DNA from: a virus
Lineage: Duplodnaviria > Heunggongvirae > Uroviricota > Caudoviricetes
Strand: one strand, 5' to 3'
IMG/VR virus record: IMGVR_UViG_2897375277_000005
DNA length: 35,947 nt
Made by a program: the position numbers and the translations under genes. Of this stretch, positions 17,787 through 26,909 are shown piece by piece. Under the pieces are notes generated by a model. That model was not told the DNA's origin. It searched no databases and was given only the letters and a program-made list of their open reading frames with translations. How positions within the stretch are numbered: the stretch's first letter is position 1; each line of letters begins with the position of its first letter.

Positions 17787-18281
17787 ATGAGTATGGTTGC
17801 CAGAACTGAACCAGGACCCGCAGAGGACGACATCACCGATACCGATGATGGCGACACTCGCATTTCAGCAGGTGCATTCTGGCCGGATATTGTGCTGCGC
17901 GAGCTGCGTCTGGCGGTACGACTGCCGGGGCGCGTGACCACCTCCCGCCTGCTGCATACCGCCACCGGAGCTGTGGCACACGTTACCCGCGAGCTGGAAA
18001 CATGGCAGCAGGAACAGCAGGCGGCTGGCCATCAGACGCTGGCCGATGTTCCGGCACCCGTAATTAACGGAGAAAGCGTCAATCTCTGGCACTGGCGCAA
18101 TGCGGTTTACACCGCCACACGCGCCCTGATTCTGGAGCGTTACCGCGATGCGGACACAACGGACAAGGGCGACCGCCGGGCGGACGCACTGGATATACAG
18201 ACATCGGATTTGTGGCGCGATGTGAGCTGGGCCATCTCTGACATTCTGTGTCGCCCGCGAATCTTTGCGGAGTTGTGCTGA
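17787..18281 (+). CDS. L: head completion/stabilisation protein (P2 L family)
   Basis: ATG at 17787 with AGGAG RBS (track ORF starts at an upstream GTG); by position and size. Confidence 0.75.
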   Translation: MSMVARTEPGPAEDDITDTDDGDTRISAGAFWPDIVLRELRLAVRLPGRVTTSRLLHTATGAVAHVTRELETWQQEQQAAGHQTLADVPAPVINGESVNLWHWRNAVYTATRALILERYRDADTTDKGDRRADALDIQTSDLWRDVSWAISDILCRPRIFAELC

Positions 18282-18481
18282 TGAAAGTGAAGGCACTGGA
18301 AGGCGACACCGTGGATTCGCTCTGTTTCCGGTACTACGGCACGACGCAGGGCGTCACCGAAAAGGTGCTGGATGCCAACCCCGGACTCTGTCAGCAGGTA
18401 TTTCTGGACGCCGGGCAGGAAGTGGAGATGCCGGAGCCGGAGAAGAAGAAACGAGAAATGATTCAGTTGTGGGGGGAGTAG
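18281..18481 (+). CDS. X: tail protein X (LysM-like)
   Basis: MKVKALEGDTVDSLCFRYYGTTQGVTEKVLDANPGL matches remembered P2 gpX (MKTFALQGDTLDAICVRYYGRTEGVVETVLAANPGL); start overlaps the L stop. Confidence 0.8.
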   Translation: MKVKALEGDTVDSLCFRYYGTTQGVTEKVLDANPGLCQQVFLDAGQEVEMPEPEKKKREMIQLWGE

Positions 18482-18483
18482 CA

Positions 18484-18807
18484 GTGAGCACCATTCAAAC
18501 AGGGATCACAGAGCAGGTTATTGCGTGGCTCTTTGACCACCTGCCAACGGTGTATGCAGCAGGCGCGGCGGTCAGCATTTCCGCGCTGATGAGTCTTTAT
18601 GACGGACGAACACTGGTTCAGACCGTAACGGGATCGCTGGCGTGCGGCGTTCTTGCCATGGCCGTGGCCGGGTCGTTGCGCTTCTTCGGGTTTCCTGAAG
18701 ATGCCGTGACGTTTATCGGCGCATCAATCGGTTTTATGGGTGCAGAGAAAGCACGCGACAAGGTTATTGCGGCCTTTAATCGCAGGGTGAAGGAGAAGGA
18801 CGAATGA
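18484..18807 (+). CDS. holin-like membrane protein
   Basis: 107 aa from a GTG start, with about three hydrophobic segments, immediately upstream of the endolysin. The start codon is uncertain. Confidence 0.5.
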   Translation: MSTIQTGITEQVIAWLFDHLPTVYAAGAAVSISALMSLYDGRTLVQTVTGSLACGVLAMAVAGSLRFFGFPEDAVTFIGASIGFMGAEKARDKVIAAFNRRVKEKDE

Positions 18808-19196
18808 GCAACACATTTAAATTCAGCAGCCGGAGCGAAAAGAATTTGCAGGGCGTAAATCCTGATCTGGTGAAAGTGACACGACGGGCACTGGAAATCT
18901 CGGAAGTGGATTTTGGTATCACCGAAGGGTTGCGCAGCCGTTACCGCCAGAAGCAACTGGTGGCCACGGGTAAGAGCCAGACCATGAACAGCCGCCACCT
19001 TACGGGGCATGCCGTGGATGTTGTGGCTTATATCGGCAGCCAGGTGTCATGGGAATGGCCGCTGTACGAAAAAATCGCAGCAGCATTCAGACAGGCCAGC
19101 CGGGAACTGAATATTCCGGTGGAATGGGGCGGCGACTGGAAGACCCTGAAAGACGGACCGCATTTTCAGTTACCACACGGAGCCTATCCGGCATGA
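18804..19196 (+). CDS. endolysin, peptidase M15 (VanY/L-Ala-D-Glu peptidase-like) family
   Basis: 130 aa with SRHLTGHAVDV and a downstream His, the zinc-ligand pattern of M15 peptidoglycan peptidases. Sits in the lysis cassette. Confidence 0.7.
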   Translation: MSNTFKFSSRSEKNLQGVNPDLVKVTRRALEISEVDFGITEGLRSRYRQKQLVATGKSQTMNSRHLTGHAVDVVAYIGSQVSWEWPLYEKIAAAFRQASRELNIPVEWGGDWKTLKDGPHFQLPHGAYPA

Positions 19197-19600
19197 AGCT
19201 CTGGCCCACGCTGGGTGTCGCTTTCCTTCTGATTGCCGGATGGGGAACATCCATGCGTCTGTCATGGTCGCTTGGCCGGGAGAACGCCAGAAACGAAGCA
19301 CAGGCCAGCACCCTGAAAAGTACCGCCGACACCCTGAATATCATCAGCGCCGGGGTACAGGATATGCAGCAGGTGCTGGCGCAACTCCGCGTGGAAAATC
19401 AGCAACGCAATCAGGACGGAGAGGTAAGACGTGAACAGCTACGCAACGATATTGCAAAAGATGAATGCGCCCACGCTTTGCCTGACGCTCGTTTTACTGA
19501 CAGGCTGCGCAGGCACGCAGAACGCGCCACTGCCAGCGCCGTCAGTCCGGCTTATACCGCAGACGCTGACCATACCGGTAACGCCGCCCCCCTTCCCTGA
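19193..19600 (+). CDS. i-spanin (Rz/LysB-like)
   Basis: Starts at internal ATG 19193; N-terminal TM segment (MKLWPTLGVAFLLIAGW) then a coiled-coil-like periplasmic region. Confidence 0.55.
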   Translation: MKLWPTLGVAFLLIAGWGTSMRLSWSLGRENARNEAQASTLKSTADTLNIISAGVQDMQQVLAQLRVENQQRNQDGEVRREQLRNDIAKDECAHALPDARFTDRLRRHAERATASAVSPAYTADADHTGNAAPLP

Positions 19601-19751
19601 CACTCCCACATGGGGAAATCTCGGTATATGGGGCGACCGCCTTCTGGATGCACTGGAAACCTGTAACGCGGATAAACGGGCCATTGAATTACTGGAACAG
19701 CGCAGGCTGCAACGACTGAACAACGAGGATAACAATCATGCTGAAAACTGA
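19461..19751 (+). CDS. o-spanin lipoprotein (Rz1/LysC-like), overlapping the i-spanin 3' end out of frame
   Basis: MNAPTLCLTLVLLTGCAG has a lipobox (LLTGC); Pro-rich mature part; overlaps and extends beyond the Rz-like gene. Confidence 0.55.
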   Translation: MNAPTLCLTLVLLTGCAGTQNAPLPAPSVRLIPQTLTIPVTPPPFPDTPTWGNLGIWGDRLLDALETCNADKRAIELLEQRRLQRLNNEDNNHAEN

Positions 19752-20205
19752 TTCCCTGCGTGAAGCCATGACCCGTTCATGCCGATGGTGTCAGGCTAAC
19801 CCGGAAAAATTCACCATTTTCGTGGAGAGCGGCAACATTGAAACGACCGGAGAAACACCCTCGTTTGTTTACCGCTATCAGATGGTGATGTTTGTCATGG
19901 ATTACGCCGGAGAGCTGGACGACCTCACGCTGCCGCTGCTGGCGTGGTTATCCGAAAATCAGCCACAGTTGTTGCTCAATCCGGAGCGTAATCAGGACAT
20001 CAAATTTTCCGCCGTTATCAATGACGATGACAGCGCCGATCTCCTGTTTACGCTCCCCTTGCGGGAACGCGTTCGCATTACGCGCAACAGTCAGGGGACA
20101 CCGCAGGCAGAACACCTGCCGGAGCCAAAATCCCGTCTGCCATCTTCCGAAGGCGACTGGTCGCATGTATTCCAGGATGTGACGTGGGGTGAAAGCGATG
20201 GATAA
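19738..20205 (+). CDS. R: tail completion protein (P2 R family)
   Basis: 155 aa, same size and position as P2 gpR. Confidence 0.75.
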   Translation: MLKTDSLREAMTRSCRWCQANPEKFTIFVESGNIETTGETPSFVYRYQMVMFVMDYAGELDDLTLPLLAWLSENQPQLLLNPERNQDIKFSAVINDDDSADLLFTLPLRERVRITRNSQGTPQAEHLPEPKSRLPSSEGDWSHVFQDVTWGESDG

Positions 20206-20833
20206 GGCATTCACCCGCGTGGATGAAACCTTTGAGGCTATCCACGACAGCCTGAATCAGCAGGCCATCAATAACATCGCCAGAAAGCTGGCACAGGATT
20301 TACGTCGCGCCCAGCAGGCACGTATCCAGTCACAGAAAGCGCCGGACGGGACCGCATGGACACCACGCAGACGCCGCGTAACCCGGATACAGGAGCGCAT
20401 TCGCTTTATCTGGAATAACGAAGCACGCACGCTGAAAAACTGGCATCACGACACGGGGAAATACGGGCGAACCATTACCGGGTGGGATGAGGATAAAAAC
20501 AATATCCGCACGTTTTACCGGGATGACATCGACCGTTTTCTGGAAATACGCACCCGGCGCATCAACCAGGACAGCACAAAGCGCGTCCCCATGTTCGTAA
20601 AACTGCGCACCGCCCGCTACCTGAAAGCCCGTGCAGATGCTTCCGGTGTGACGGTGGGTTACAGCGGCGTGGCTGCACGTATTGCACGCGTTCATCAGTT
20701 CGGTGAGCGCGATCAGGTTGCGCCGGGCATTTTCACCGATTACCCGGTACGTGAGCTGCTGGGTATCAGCCAGACAGATGAACGCCTGATTTATAACACG
20801 GTGCTGGGCCGGATTGCGGAGGCTGTACGGTGA
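20189..20833 (+). CDS. S: tail completion/virion morphogenesis protein (P2 S family)
   Basis: Position after R and before V; the start could be 20189 or 20198. Confidence 0.7.
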   Translation: MKAMDKAFTRVDETFEAIHDSLNQQAINNIARKLAQDLRRAQQARIQSQKAPDGTAWTPRRRRVTRIQERIRFIWNNEARTLKNWHHDTGKYGRTITGWDEDKNNIRTFYRDDIDRFLEIRTRRINQDSTKRVPMFVKLRTARYLKARADASGVTVGYSGVAARIARVHQFGERDQVAPGIFTDYPVRELLGISQTDERLIYNTVLGRIAEAVR

Positions 20834-21411
20834 GCGCAGAACTCATGCGGCTGCTGAGCAACATCATCCGCACCGGGATCATCTCTGAAGTTGATGAGGA
20901 ATCCTGGTGCGTGCGCGTTCGCAGCGGCGAACTGGAAACAGGCTGGCTGCGCTGGAACACCACGCGCGCGGGTGCCTTCAATGTGTGGTTGCCGCCATCA
21001 CCAGGCGAACAGGTGGTAATTGCCTGCATTGGCGGCAACCCGGAAACCGCCATGATAATTGGCAGCCTGTGGAGTGATGCCAGTCCGGCCCCCGGCAAAA
21101 GCCTGAAAGAAATCGTGATCAGCGCGCCGGATGGCGCGGTGTTCCGCTACGACGCGGACGCAGGCGCACTGAGCGCCAGCGGCATGAAAACGGCCACTTT
21201 ACAGGCATCCGTCAGCGTGACACTGGACACGCCCGTCGTGGAATGCACAAACCTTCTGAGAACAGCGACGCTTGACGTCACAAAAGGAGGAAAGATGAGC
21301 GGCAATATCACGCACAGCGGCGGCGATTTCACCTCAAACGGCATCACAGTGCATACGCATAAGCACGGTGGCGTTAAAGGTGGCAGCGATTCGACAGGAG
21401 GCCCGCAGTGA
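20830..21411 (+). CDS. V: baseplate spike/assembly protein (P2 V family)
   Basis: 193 aa with Gly-rich C-terminus (HTHKHGGVKGGSDSTGGP); P2 order V-W-J-I. Confidence 0.8.
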   Translation: MSAELMRLLSNIIRTGIISEVDEESWCVRVRSGELETGWLRWNTTRAGAFNVWLPPSPGEQVVIACIGGNPETAMIIGSLWSDASPAPGKSLKEIVISAPDGAVFRYDADAGALSASGMKTATLQASVSVTLDTPVVECTNLLRTATLDVTKGGKMSGNITHSGGDFTSNGITVHTHKHGGVKGGSDSTGGPQ

Positions 21412-21758
21412 CAACCCGCTACACAGGAATGAACCCGGACGGAACGGGAAACCTGAACGATATGGAGCACCTGAAACAGTCAGTCAGGGACATCCTGACC
21501 ACCCCGCTGGCCAGCCGGGTTATGCGACGGGAATATGGCAGCCTTGTGCCTGATTTGATTGACGAACCCATGAATAACACCACGCGTCTGCAATGCATGA
21601 GTGCTGCCGTGATTGCGCTGACACGATGGGAACCCCGCATTGCCCTGGACGCCATCGACGTTGTCTGGAAGGCAGGAGGCCGCGCCGGGGTGACGCTGTC
21701 GGGCACTATCATGCAGACCATGCAGAATGTTGAATTAACCATCACGCTGAGAGAGTAA
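21408..21758 (+). CDS. W: baseplate protein (P2 W / gp25-like)
   Basis: 116 aa, coupled to V. Confidence 0.8.
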   Translation: MTTRYTGMNPDGTGNLNDMEHLKQSVRDILTTPLASRVMRREYGSLVPDLIDEPMNNTTRLQCMSAAVIALTRWEPRIALDAIDVVWKAGGRAGVTLSGTIMQTMQNVELTITLRE

Positions 21759-21761
21759 ATC

Positions 21762-22658
21762 ATGCCTGCTGTTGACCTTTCCCAGTTACCGGAACCCGCC
21801 ATCATCGCGGAGCCTGATTTTGAGGCAATTCTGGCTGACACAAAGGCCATGATGATTGCGTCCTATCCTGCCGAACAGCGTGAAGCCGTCTCCGCCGCGC
21901 TGGAGCTGGAATCGGAACCCCTGAACGTTATCGCTCAAACCATGTCTTTTCGTGAAATGCTGTTACGCCAGCGGGTTAACGAGGGCGCACGCGCCTGCAT
22001 GTTAAGCCACGGTTCAGGGACAAACCTGGACAACCTCGCGGGCAATATGAACACAAAGCGCCTGGTTATCACTCCGGCAACGGATACCACCGACGCGGTG
22101 ATGGAGAGCGACACCTCGCTGAGATTGCGGGCGCAACGAGCGTATGACGGCCTGAGTGTTGCTGGCCCGTCAGGTGCATACGAGTATTTTGCACGCAGCG
22201 CCAGCGGTCTGGTGCGTGATGCGCGGGCCATCAGCCCGTCTCCGGCCTGTGTGACGGTTTCCATCCTGTCCACTGAAGGCGACGGCACAGCAACGGAGGC
22301 GTTGCTTAATACCGTTCGCGCCGTTCTGAATGCAGAGGATACCCGCCCGGTAGCCGACCGCCTGACCGTACAGAGCGCCAGAATCGTGACATGGCGGCTG
22401 AATGCAAAACTGTACTTTTACCCCGGCCCGGAATCCGAACCTATTCTGGCCGCGGCTGAATCGTCGTTCAGGAAGTGGCTGGCTGAGCAGGGGCTTATCG
22501 GTCAGGACGTGGCGTTGTCCGCCATTGCTGCCGCACTGCATGTGCACGGTGTGCAACGCGTGGAGATAATCGAACCCACACAGAATATGGCCATCAGCGA
22601 CATACAGGCGGCGCGCTGTGAGTCATTCACCATCAGCGAAGGTGGGCGCAATGAGTAA
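21762..22658 (+). CDS. J: baseplate protein (P2 J family)
   Basis: 298 aa, position and size of P2 gpJ. Confidence 0.8.
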   Translation: MPAVDLSQLPEPAIIAEPDFEAILADTKAMMIASYPAEQREAVSAALELESEPLNVIAQTMSFREMLLRQRVNEGARACMLSHGSGTNLDNLAGNMNTKRLVITPATDTTDAVMESDTSLRLRAQRAYDGLSVAGPSGAYEYFARSASGLVRDARAISPSPACVTVSILSTEGDGTATEALLNTVRAVLNAEDTRPVADRLTVQSARIVTWRLNAKLYFYPGPESEPILAAAESSFRKWLAEQGLIGQDVALSAIAAALHVHGVQRVEIIEPTQNMAISDIQAARCESFTISEGGRNE

Positions 22659-23259
22659 TTCGTTGTTACCACCATCAGCCAGCAATTTCATGCGTTGTGC
22701 CGAAGCCATCGGAACACGCATTACAGACATTCCGGTAGACCTCAACACGCTGTGGTCGCCGGATACCTGCCCGGTGCATCTGCTGCCTTATCTCGCCTGG
22801 GCATTTTCCGTTGACCGCTGGGATCGCAACTGGCCGGAAGAGACAAAGCGACAGGTGATTCGTGATGCATGGCTGATACACCGACACAAAGGGACCATCA
22901 GCGCACTGCGAAGAGCCGTGGAGCCTCTCGGCTACCTGATTGAAGTAAAGGAGTGGTGGCAACTCAACGAGGAGCCGGGAACATTTCGCATTGTTATCGG
23001 AGTACTTGATCAGGGCATCACCGATGAAATGTATCAGGAACTTGAGCGCCTTATTGCGGATGCAAAACCAGTAAGTCGCCATCTGACGGGGCTGGCGATC
23101 AGCCTGAGTGTGAACGGAAAGATTTTCGTTGGTACGGGATGCTATCACGGCGATGCCCTGACGGTTTATCCCTACACCCCGGAGTCCATTATTGTCGAAG
23201 GGGATTATTTCCCTGCCCCGGCCATTCATTTAATTGATAATCTGAGAGTAAACGCATGA
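22651..23259 (+). CDS. I: baseplate protein (P2 I family)
   Basis: Internal ATG 22651 overlaps the J stop; 202 aa. Confidence 0.75.
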   Translation: MSNSLLPPSASNFMRCAEAIGTRITDIPVDLNTLWSPDTCPVHLLPYLAWAFSVDRWDRNWPEETKRQVIRDAWLIHRHKGTISALRRAVEPLGYLIEVKEWWQLNEEPGTFRIVIGVLDQGITDEMYQELERLIADAKPVSRHLTGLAISLSVNGKIFVGTGCYHGDALTVYPYTPESIIVEGDYFPAPAIHLIDNLRVNA

Positions 23260-24890
23260 CAGTGAAATACTACGCCATTCTGACTAATCAGGGCGCGGCA
23301 CGACTGGCTAACGCGACAATGCTCGGCAGTAAGCTGAATCTGACGCAAATGGCCGTTGGTGATGCAAATGGTGTGTTACCAACACCAGACCCTGCACAAA
23401 CAAAACTGATTAACCAGAAACGCATTGCACCGCTGAATCTTCTGAGTGTTGACCCTAACAATCAGAGCCAGATTATTGCGGAGCAAATCATCCCTGAAAA
23501 CGAGGGAGGATTCTGGATCCGTGAGATTGGTCTTTATGATGATGAAGGCGTACTCATTGCGGTGGCGAACTGCCCGGAAACGTACAAACCGCAGTTGCAG
23601 GAAGGCAGCGGTCGTACCCAGACTATCCGCATGATTCTGGTTGTCACGAATACCGAAGCCATCACGCTGAAAATCGACCCATCGGTGGTTCTGGCAACCC
23701 GCAAATATGTGGATGATAAAATCTCAGAGCACGAACAGTCACGACGTCACCCGGACGCCTCGCTGACCGCAAAAGGTTTTACTCAGTTAAGCAGTGCAAT
23801 TAACAGTGAATCAGAAACACTGGCCGCAACACCGAAAGCGGTTAAGGCTGCATATGACCTGGCTAACGGGAAATATACCGCCCAGAACGCCACCACTATA
23901 CAAAAAGGGATTGTTCAGCTCAGTAGCGCCACGAACAGCACGTCTGAAACGCTGGCAGCGACACCAAAAGCTGTTAAGGTGGTAATGGATGAAACGAACA
24001 AGAAAGCACCATTAAACAGCCCGGCACTGACCGGAACGCCAACAACACCAACAGCGCCACAGGGAACTAATAGTACCCAGATCGCAAGCACGGCTTTCGT
24101 TATGGCCGCGATTGCCGCACTTGTAGATTCGTCACCTGATGCACTGAACACGCTGAACGAACTGGCTGCGGCGCTGGGCAATGACCCGAATTTTGCGACC
24201 ACCATGACTAACGCGCTTGCGGGTAAGCAACCGAAGGATGCCACCCTGACGGCGCTGGCGGAGCTTGCTACATCAGCAGATAAACTCCCATATTTTACAG
24301 GGGCAGATCGTGCCGCGTTAACCGCGTTGACAAGTGTTGGACGTGCCATTCTTGGTAAAACCAGCACTCAGGGAGTTCTTGATTACCTTGGTTTGGGAGA
24401 AGGCTCTGCATTACCGGTTGGGGTGCCTGTTCCGTGGCCTTCAGCCACTCCGCCAACAGGCTGGCTGAAATGCAACGGTGCCGCTTTTTCTGCTGAAGAA
24501 TACCCGGAACTGGCAAAGGCTTATCCGACAAATAAATTGCCTGATTTACGTGGTGAGTTTATTCGTGGCTGGGATGACGGGCGTGGTATTGATGCTGTAC
24601 GTGCCTTGCTAAGTCTTCAGAATGGAGGAGTGGAATCACACACCCACCAAGGGCAGCTCTTCAGAGTTAGTGATTATCGTACAAAAGAAATACCAGCATC
24701 AGAAGTTATGGGAAGAGGATATATTGCAAGCCTGACGCCGGGTGCTGATAGCCCACTTGATTTTGATGATTATTCTGTATCTTCTAATCCAAATGGATAT
24801 TTTGTCGGGAATCAGAGAACAACAGCATATGGGATAAATGAAACCCGTCCACGGAATATTGCATTTAACTATATCGTGAGGGCTGCATAA
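23256..24890 (+). CDS. H: tail fibre protein (P2 H family), current C-terminal variant
   Basis: 544 aa; internal tail-fibre repeats (SETLAATPKAVK twice); the C-terminal third lies inside the invertible segment. Confidence 0.85.
   Translation: MTVKYYAILTNQGAARLANATMLGSKLNLTQMAVGDANGVLPTPDPAQTKLINQKRIAPLNLLSVDPNNQSQIIAEQIIPENEGGFWIREIGLYDDEGVLIAVANCPETYKPQLQEGSGRTQTIRMILVVTNTEAITLKIDPSVVLATRKYVDDKISEHEQSRRHPDASLTAKGFTQLSSAINSESETLAATPKAVKAAYDLANGKYTAQNATTIQKGIVQLSSATNSTSETLAATPKAVKVVMDETNKKAPLNSPALTGTPTTPTAPQGTNSTQIASTAFVMAAIAALVDSSPDALNTLNELAAALGNDPNFATTMTNALAGKQPKDATLTALAELATSADKLPYFTGADRAALTALTSVGRAILGKTSTQGVLDYLGLGEGSALPVGVPVPWPSATPPTGWLKCNGAAFSAEEYPELAKAYPTNKLPDLRGEFIRGWDDGRGIDAVRALLSLQNGGVESHTHQGQLFRVSDYRTKEIPASEVMGRGYIASLTPGADSPLDFDDYSVSSNPNGYFVGNQRTTAYGINETRPRNIAFNYIVRAA
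24376..24401. other. invertase crossover site (hix/gix/cix-like), left
   Basis: TTCTTGATTACC-TT-GGTTTGGGAGAA: 12-2-12 architecture resembling hixL (TTCTTGAAAACCAAGGTTTTTGATAA). Lies inside H codons 374-382. Confidence 0.65.
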
Positions 24891-25492
24891 TGGATAACGC
24901 TGTATTAAATAGCGAGTTTATTGCTACAAAGGCGGGGAATATTACCGTCTATAACTATGATGGCGAAACACGGGAATATATTTCCACATCAACTGAATAT
25001 CTTGCCGTTGGTGTCGGTATCCCTGCATATTCCTGTTTAGATGCCCCTGGCACATACAAAGCTGGTTATGCAATCTGCCGATCTGTAGATTTTAACTCAT
25101 GGGAATATGTGCCAGACCATCGCGGTGAAATCGTCTTTAGCACCGAAACAGGAGAATCAAAAGAAATCACAGCTCCGGGTGATTACCCTGATAATACAAC
25201 CACTATCGCCCCGTTAACGCCATACGATAAATGGGATGGTGAGAAATGGGTGACGGATACCGAAGCACAGCATAGCGCCGCAGTAGATGCAGCAGAAGCA
25301 CAGCGCCAGTCACTGATTGATACTGCAATGGCTTCAATCAGTCTGATTCAGCTGAAATTGCAGGCCGGACGTAAACTGACGCAGGCAGAAACAACCAGCC
25401 TTAACGCTGTACTGGATTACATTGACGCGGTGACGGCAACTGATACCAGCACCGCGCCAGATGTCATCTGGCCTGAACTGCCGGAGGCGTAG
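24890..25492 (+). CDS. G: tail fibre assembly chaperone (P2 G / Tfa family)
   Basis: 200 aa directly after H; conserved Tfa C-terminal motif (LDYIDAV...APDVIWPELP). Confidence 0.8.
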   Translation: MDNAVLNSEFIATKAGNITVYNYDGETREYISTSTEYLAVGVGIPAYSCLDAPGTYKAGYAICRSVDFNSWEYVPDHRGEIVFSTETGESKEITAPGDYPDNTTTIAPLTPYDKWDGEKWVTDTEAQHSAAVDAAEAQRQSLIDTAMASISLIQLKLQAGRKLTQAETTSLNAVLDYIDAVTATDTSTAPDVIWPELPEA

Positions 25493-25904
25493 GCCATTCA
25501 ATATCTGGCGCACTGGCGGTATCGACCAGCTCCAGTGCGTCCAGATAATCCAGCCACAAATTATATTGTGCCAGTTCCTCACCTTTCAGACGACCAATAG
25601 CTGCTTTACCAGGCCATTGCTTACCGTTCATGTAATCATTGGCTAAATCTATTCTTTTTTGCTTCTCGACATCAGCGGTGACAATTAATTCTTCTCGTGT
25701 AGGTGGAGGAATATCACCCCATGATGGCATGTTATTTAAAGTTATAAGTTGCTTACCTGTAGGGGGAGTGCCGGAAAACTCATAATAAATGCTGTCACTA
25801 ACGTTAATGGCATCATGCGGCCAACAATTATTATCAACATAATCAGCCTGCCACTCGATGGCATAAAAACGGGACTCAGATGGACTGAACACAAAACGAT
25901 TCAT
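25464..25904 (-). CDS. alternative tail fibre assembly chaperone (inverted orientation)
   Basis: 146-aa minus-strand ORF convergent with tfa, overlapping its 3' end; shares the Tfa C-terminal motif (LDYLDAL...APDIEWPTPP). Confidence 0.75.
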   Translation of the reverse strand: MNRFVFSPSESRFYAIEWQADYVDNNCWPHDAINVSDSIYYEFSGTPPTGKQLITLNNMPSWGDIPPPTREELIVTADVEKQKRIDLANDYMNGKQWPGKAAIGRLKGEELAQYNLWLDYLDALELVDTASAPDIEWPTPPAVQAR

Positions 25905-25905
25905 A

Positions 25906-26214
25906 TTAATATCCTATAGCTAAAAACATAGCGTCTGAGGTGTTTGTATTTACAGCAATATTCATCATGACCTGAGCGGTAAATCCTGTATTGCTTACCC
26001 ACTCGCATGAGTTAGTTATCTGAACCCATGTTAATTTGGTAGAAAAAACGCCCCAGCAATTAACAGGGAACGGGACAGGGAAAGTCACTGGCACAGAATT
26101 TACTACACCGACAGTAGTCAAATTTGCGAGCGTCCGGCGAAACACCTGAATCTTAAGACCATCAGGACCTGTAAATAACAAATTATCGGTGTACTGCCCG
26201 CTTGCTCTTAAACC
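25906..26214 (-). CDS. alternative tail fibre C-terminal cassette (promoterless; fused to H constant region after inversion)
   Basis: Minus-strand reading frame running from the right crossover site to a stop at 25906. Frame is preserved across the crossover core. Confidence 0.65.
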   Translation of the reverse strand, partial: GLRASGQYTDNLLFTGPDGLKIQVFRRTLANLTTVGVVNSVPVTFPVPFPVNCWGVFSTKLTWVQITNSCEWVSNTGFTAQVMMNIAVNTNTSDAMFLAIGY

Positions 26215-26228
26215 AACGTTTAAGAAAA
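26203..26228. other. invertase crossover site (hix/gix/cix-like), right, inverted relative to the left site
   Basis: TGCTCTTAAACC-AA-CGTTTAAGAAAA; core AA is the reverse complement of the left core TT, as required for inversion. Confidence 0.6.
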
Positions 26229-26283
26229 TGCAGAGATTACGGCTAACTGGCATCATCCCCGGTTTTTATTCAGGGGATCCATC

Positions 26284-26883
26284 ATGCTTATTGGCTATGT
26301 CCGCGTATCAACAAATGACCAGAATACAGAATTGCAGCGTAACGCGCTGGAGTGCGCAGGATGTGAACTGATTTTTGAAGATAAAATCAGCGGAACGAAA
26401 TCAGCCAGACCGGGATTGAAAAAACTGCTCAGAACGCTATCAGAAGGAGATACGCTGGTTGTCTGGAAGCTGGACAGACTGGGCAGAAGTATGAAACACC
26501 TGATCACGCTTATTGAGGAATTGCGGGAAAAAGGTGTTAATTTCCGTAGTCTGACGGACAGCATTGACACATCAACACCCATGGGGCGTTTCTTTTTTCA
26601 CGTCATGGGAGCTTTAGCCGAAATGGAACGTGAATTAATTGTAGAGCGTACACTGGCCGGGCTGGCAGCAGCACGCGCACAAGGACGCATTGGCGGACGT
26701 CGCCCGAAGTTGACAAAAGAACAACACGAGCAAATAGCGAGGCTGATTAAAAACGGTCATGACAGGAAACAACTGGCGATCATTTACGACATCGGCATAT
26801 CGACGATTTATCGTTATCACCCTGTAGGCGATATACAGGCTGAAGAAACAACCAGGCAGATTCAGGAAAATGAAAACCGCTAA
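26284..26883 (+). CDS. serine DNA invertase (Hin/Gin/Cin/Pin family)
   Basis: MLIGYVRVSTNDQNTELQ...GDTLVVWKLDRLGRSMKHL...catalytic Ser in VRVST and C-terminal HTH; 199 aa. Confidence 0.9.
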   Translation: MLIGYVRVSTNDQNTELQRNALECAGCELIFEDKISGTKSARPGLKKLLRTLSEGDTLVVWKLDRLGRSMKHLITLIEELREKGVNFRSLTDSIDTSTPMGRFFFHVMGALAEMERELIVERTLAGLAAARAQGRIGGRRPKLTKEQHEQIARLIKNGHDRKQLAIIYDIGISTIYRYHPVGDIQAEETTRQIQENENR

Positions 26884-26909
26884 TCTGACCATTAGCGGTT
26901 TTGCGTTAA

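Larger units (their letters stand above)
24388..26216. other. invertible tail-fibre specificity segment (about 1.8 kb, Mu G / P1 C-segment type)
   Basis: Bounded by inverted crossover sites; contains H C-terminus plus tfa on plus and an alternative C-terminus plus alternative tfa on minus. Confidence 0.65.

Noticed and set aside
23790-23990. Apparent DNA repeat inside tail fibre gene H
   Set aside because: It is a protein-level tail-fibre repeat (SETLAATPKAVK twice) in frame within H, not a separate repeat element or CRISPR-like array.
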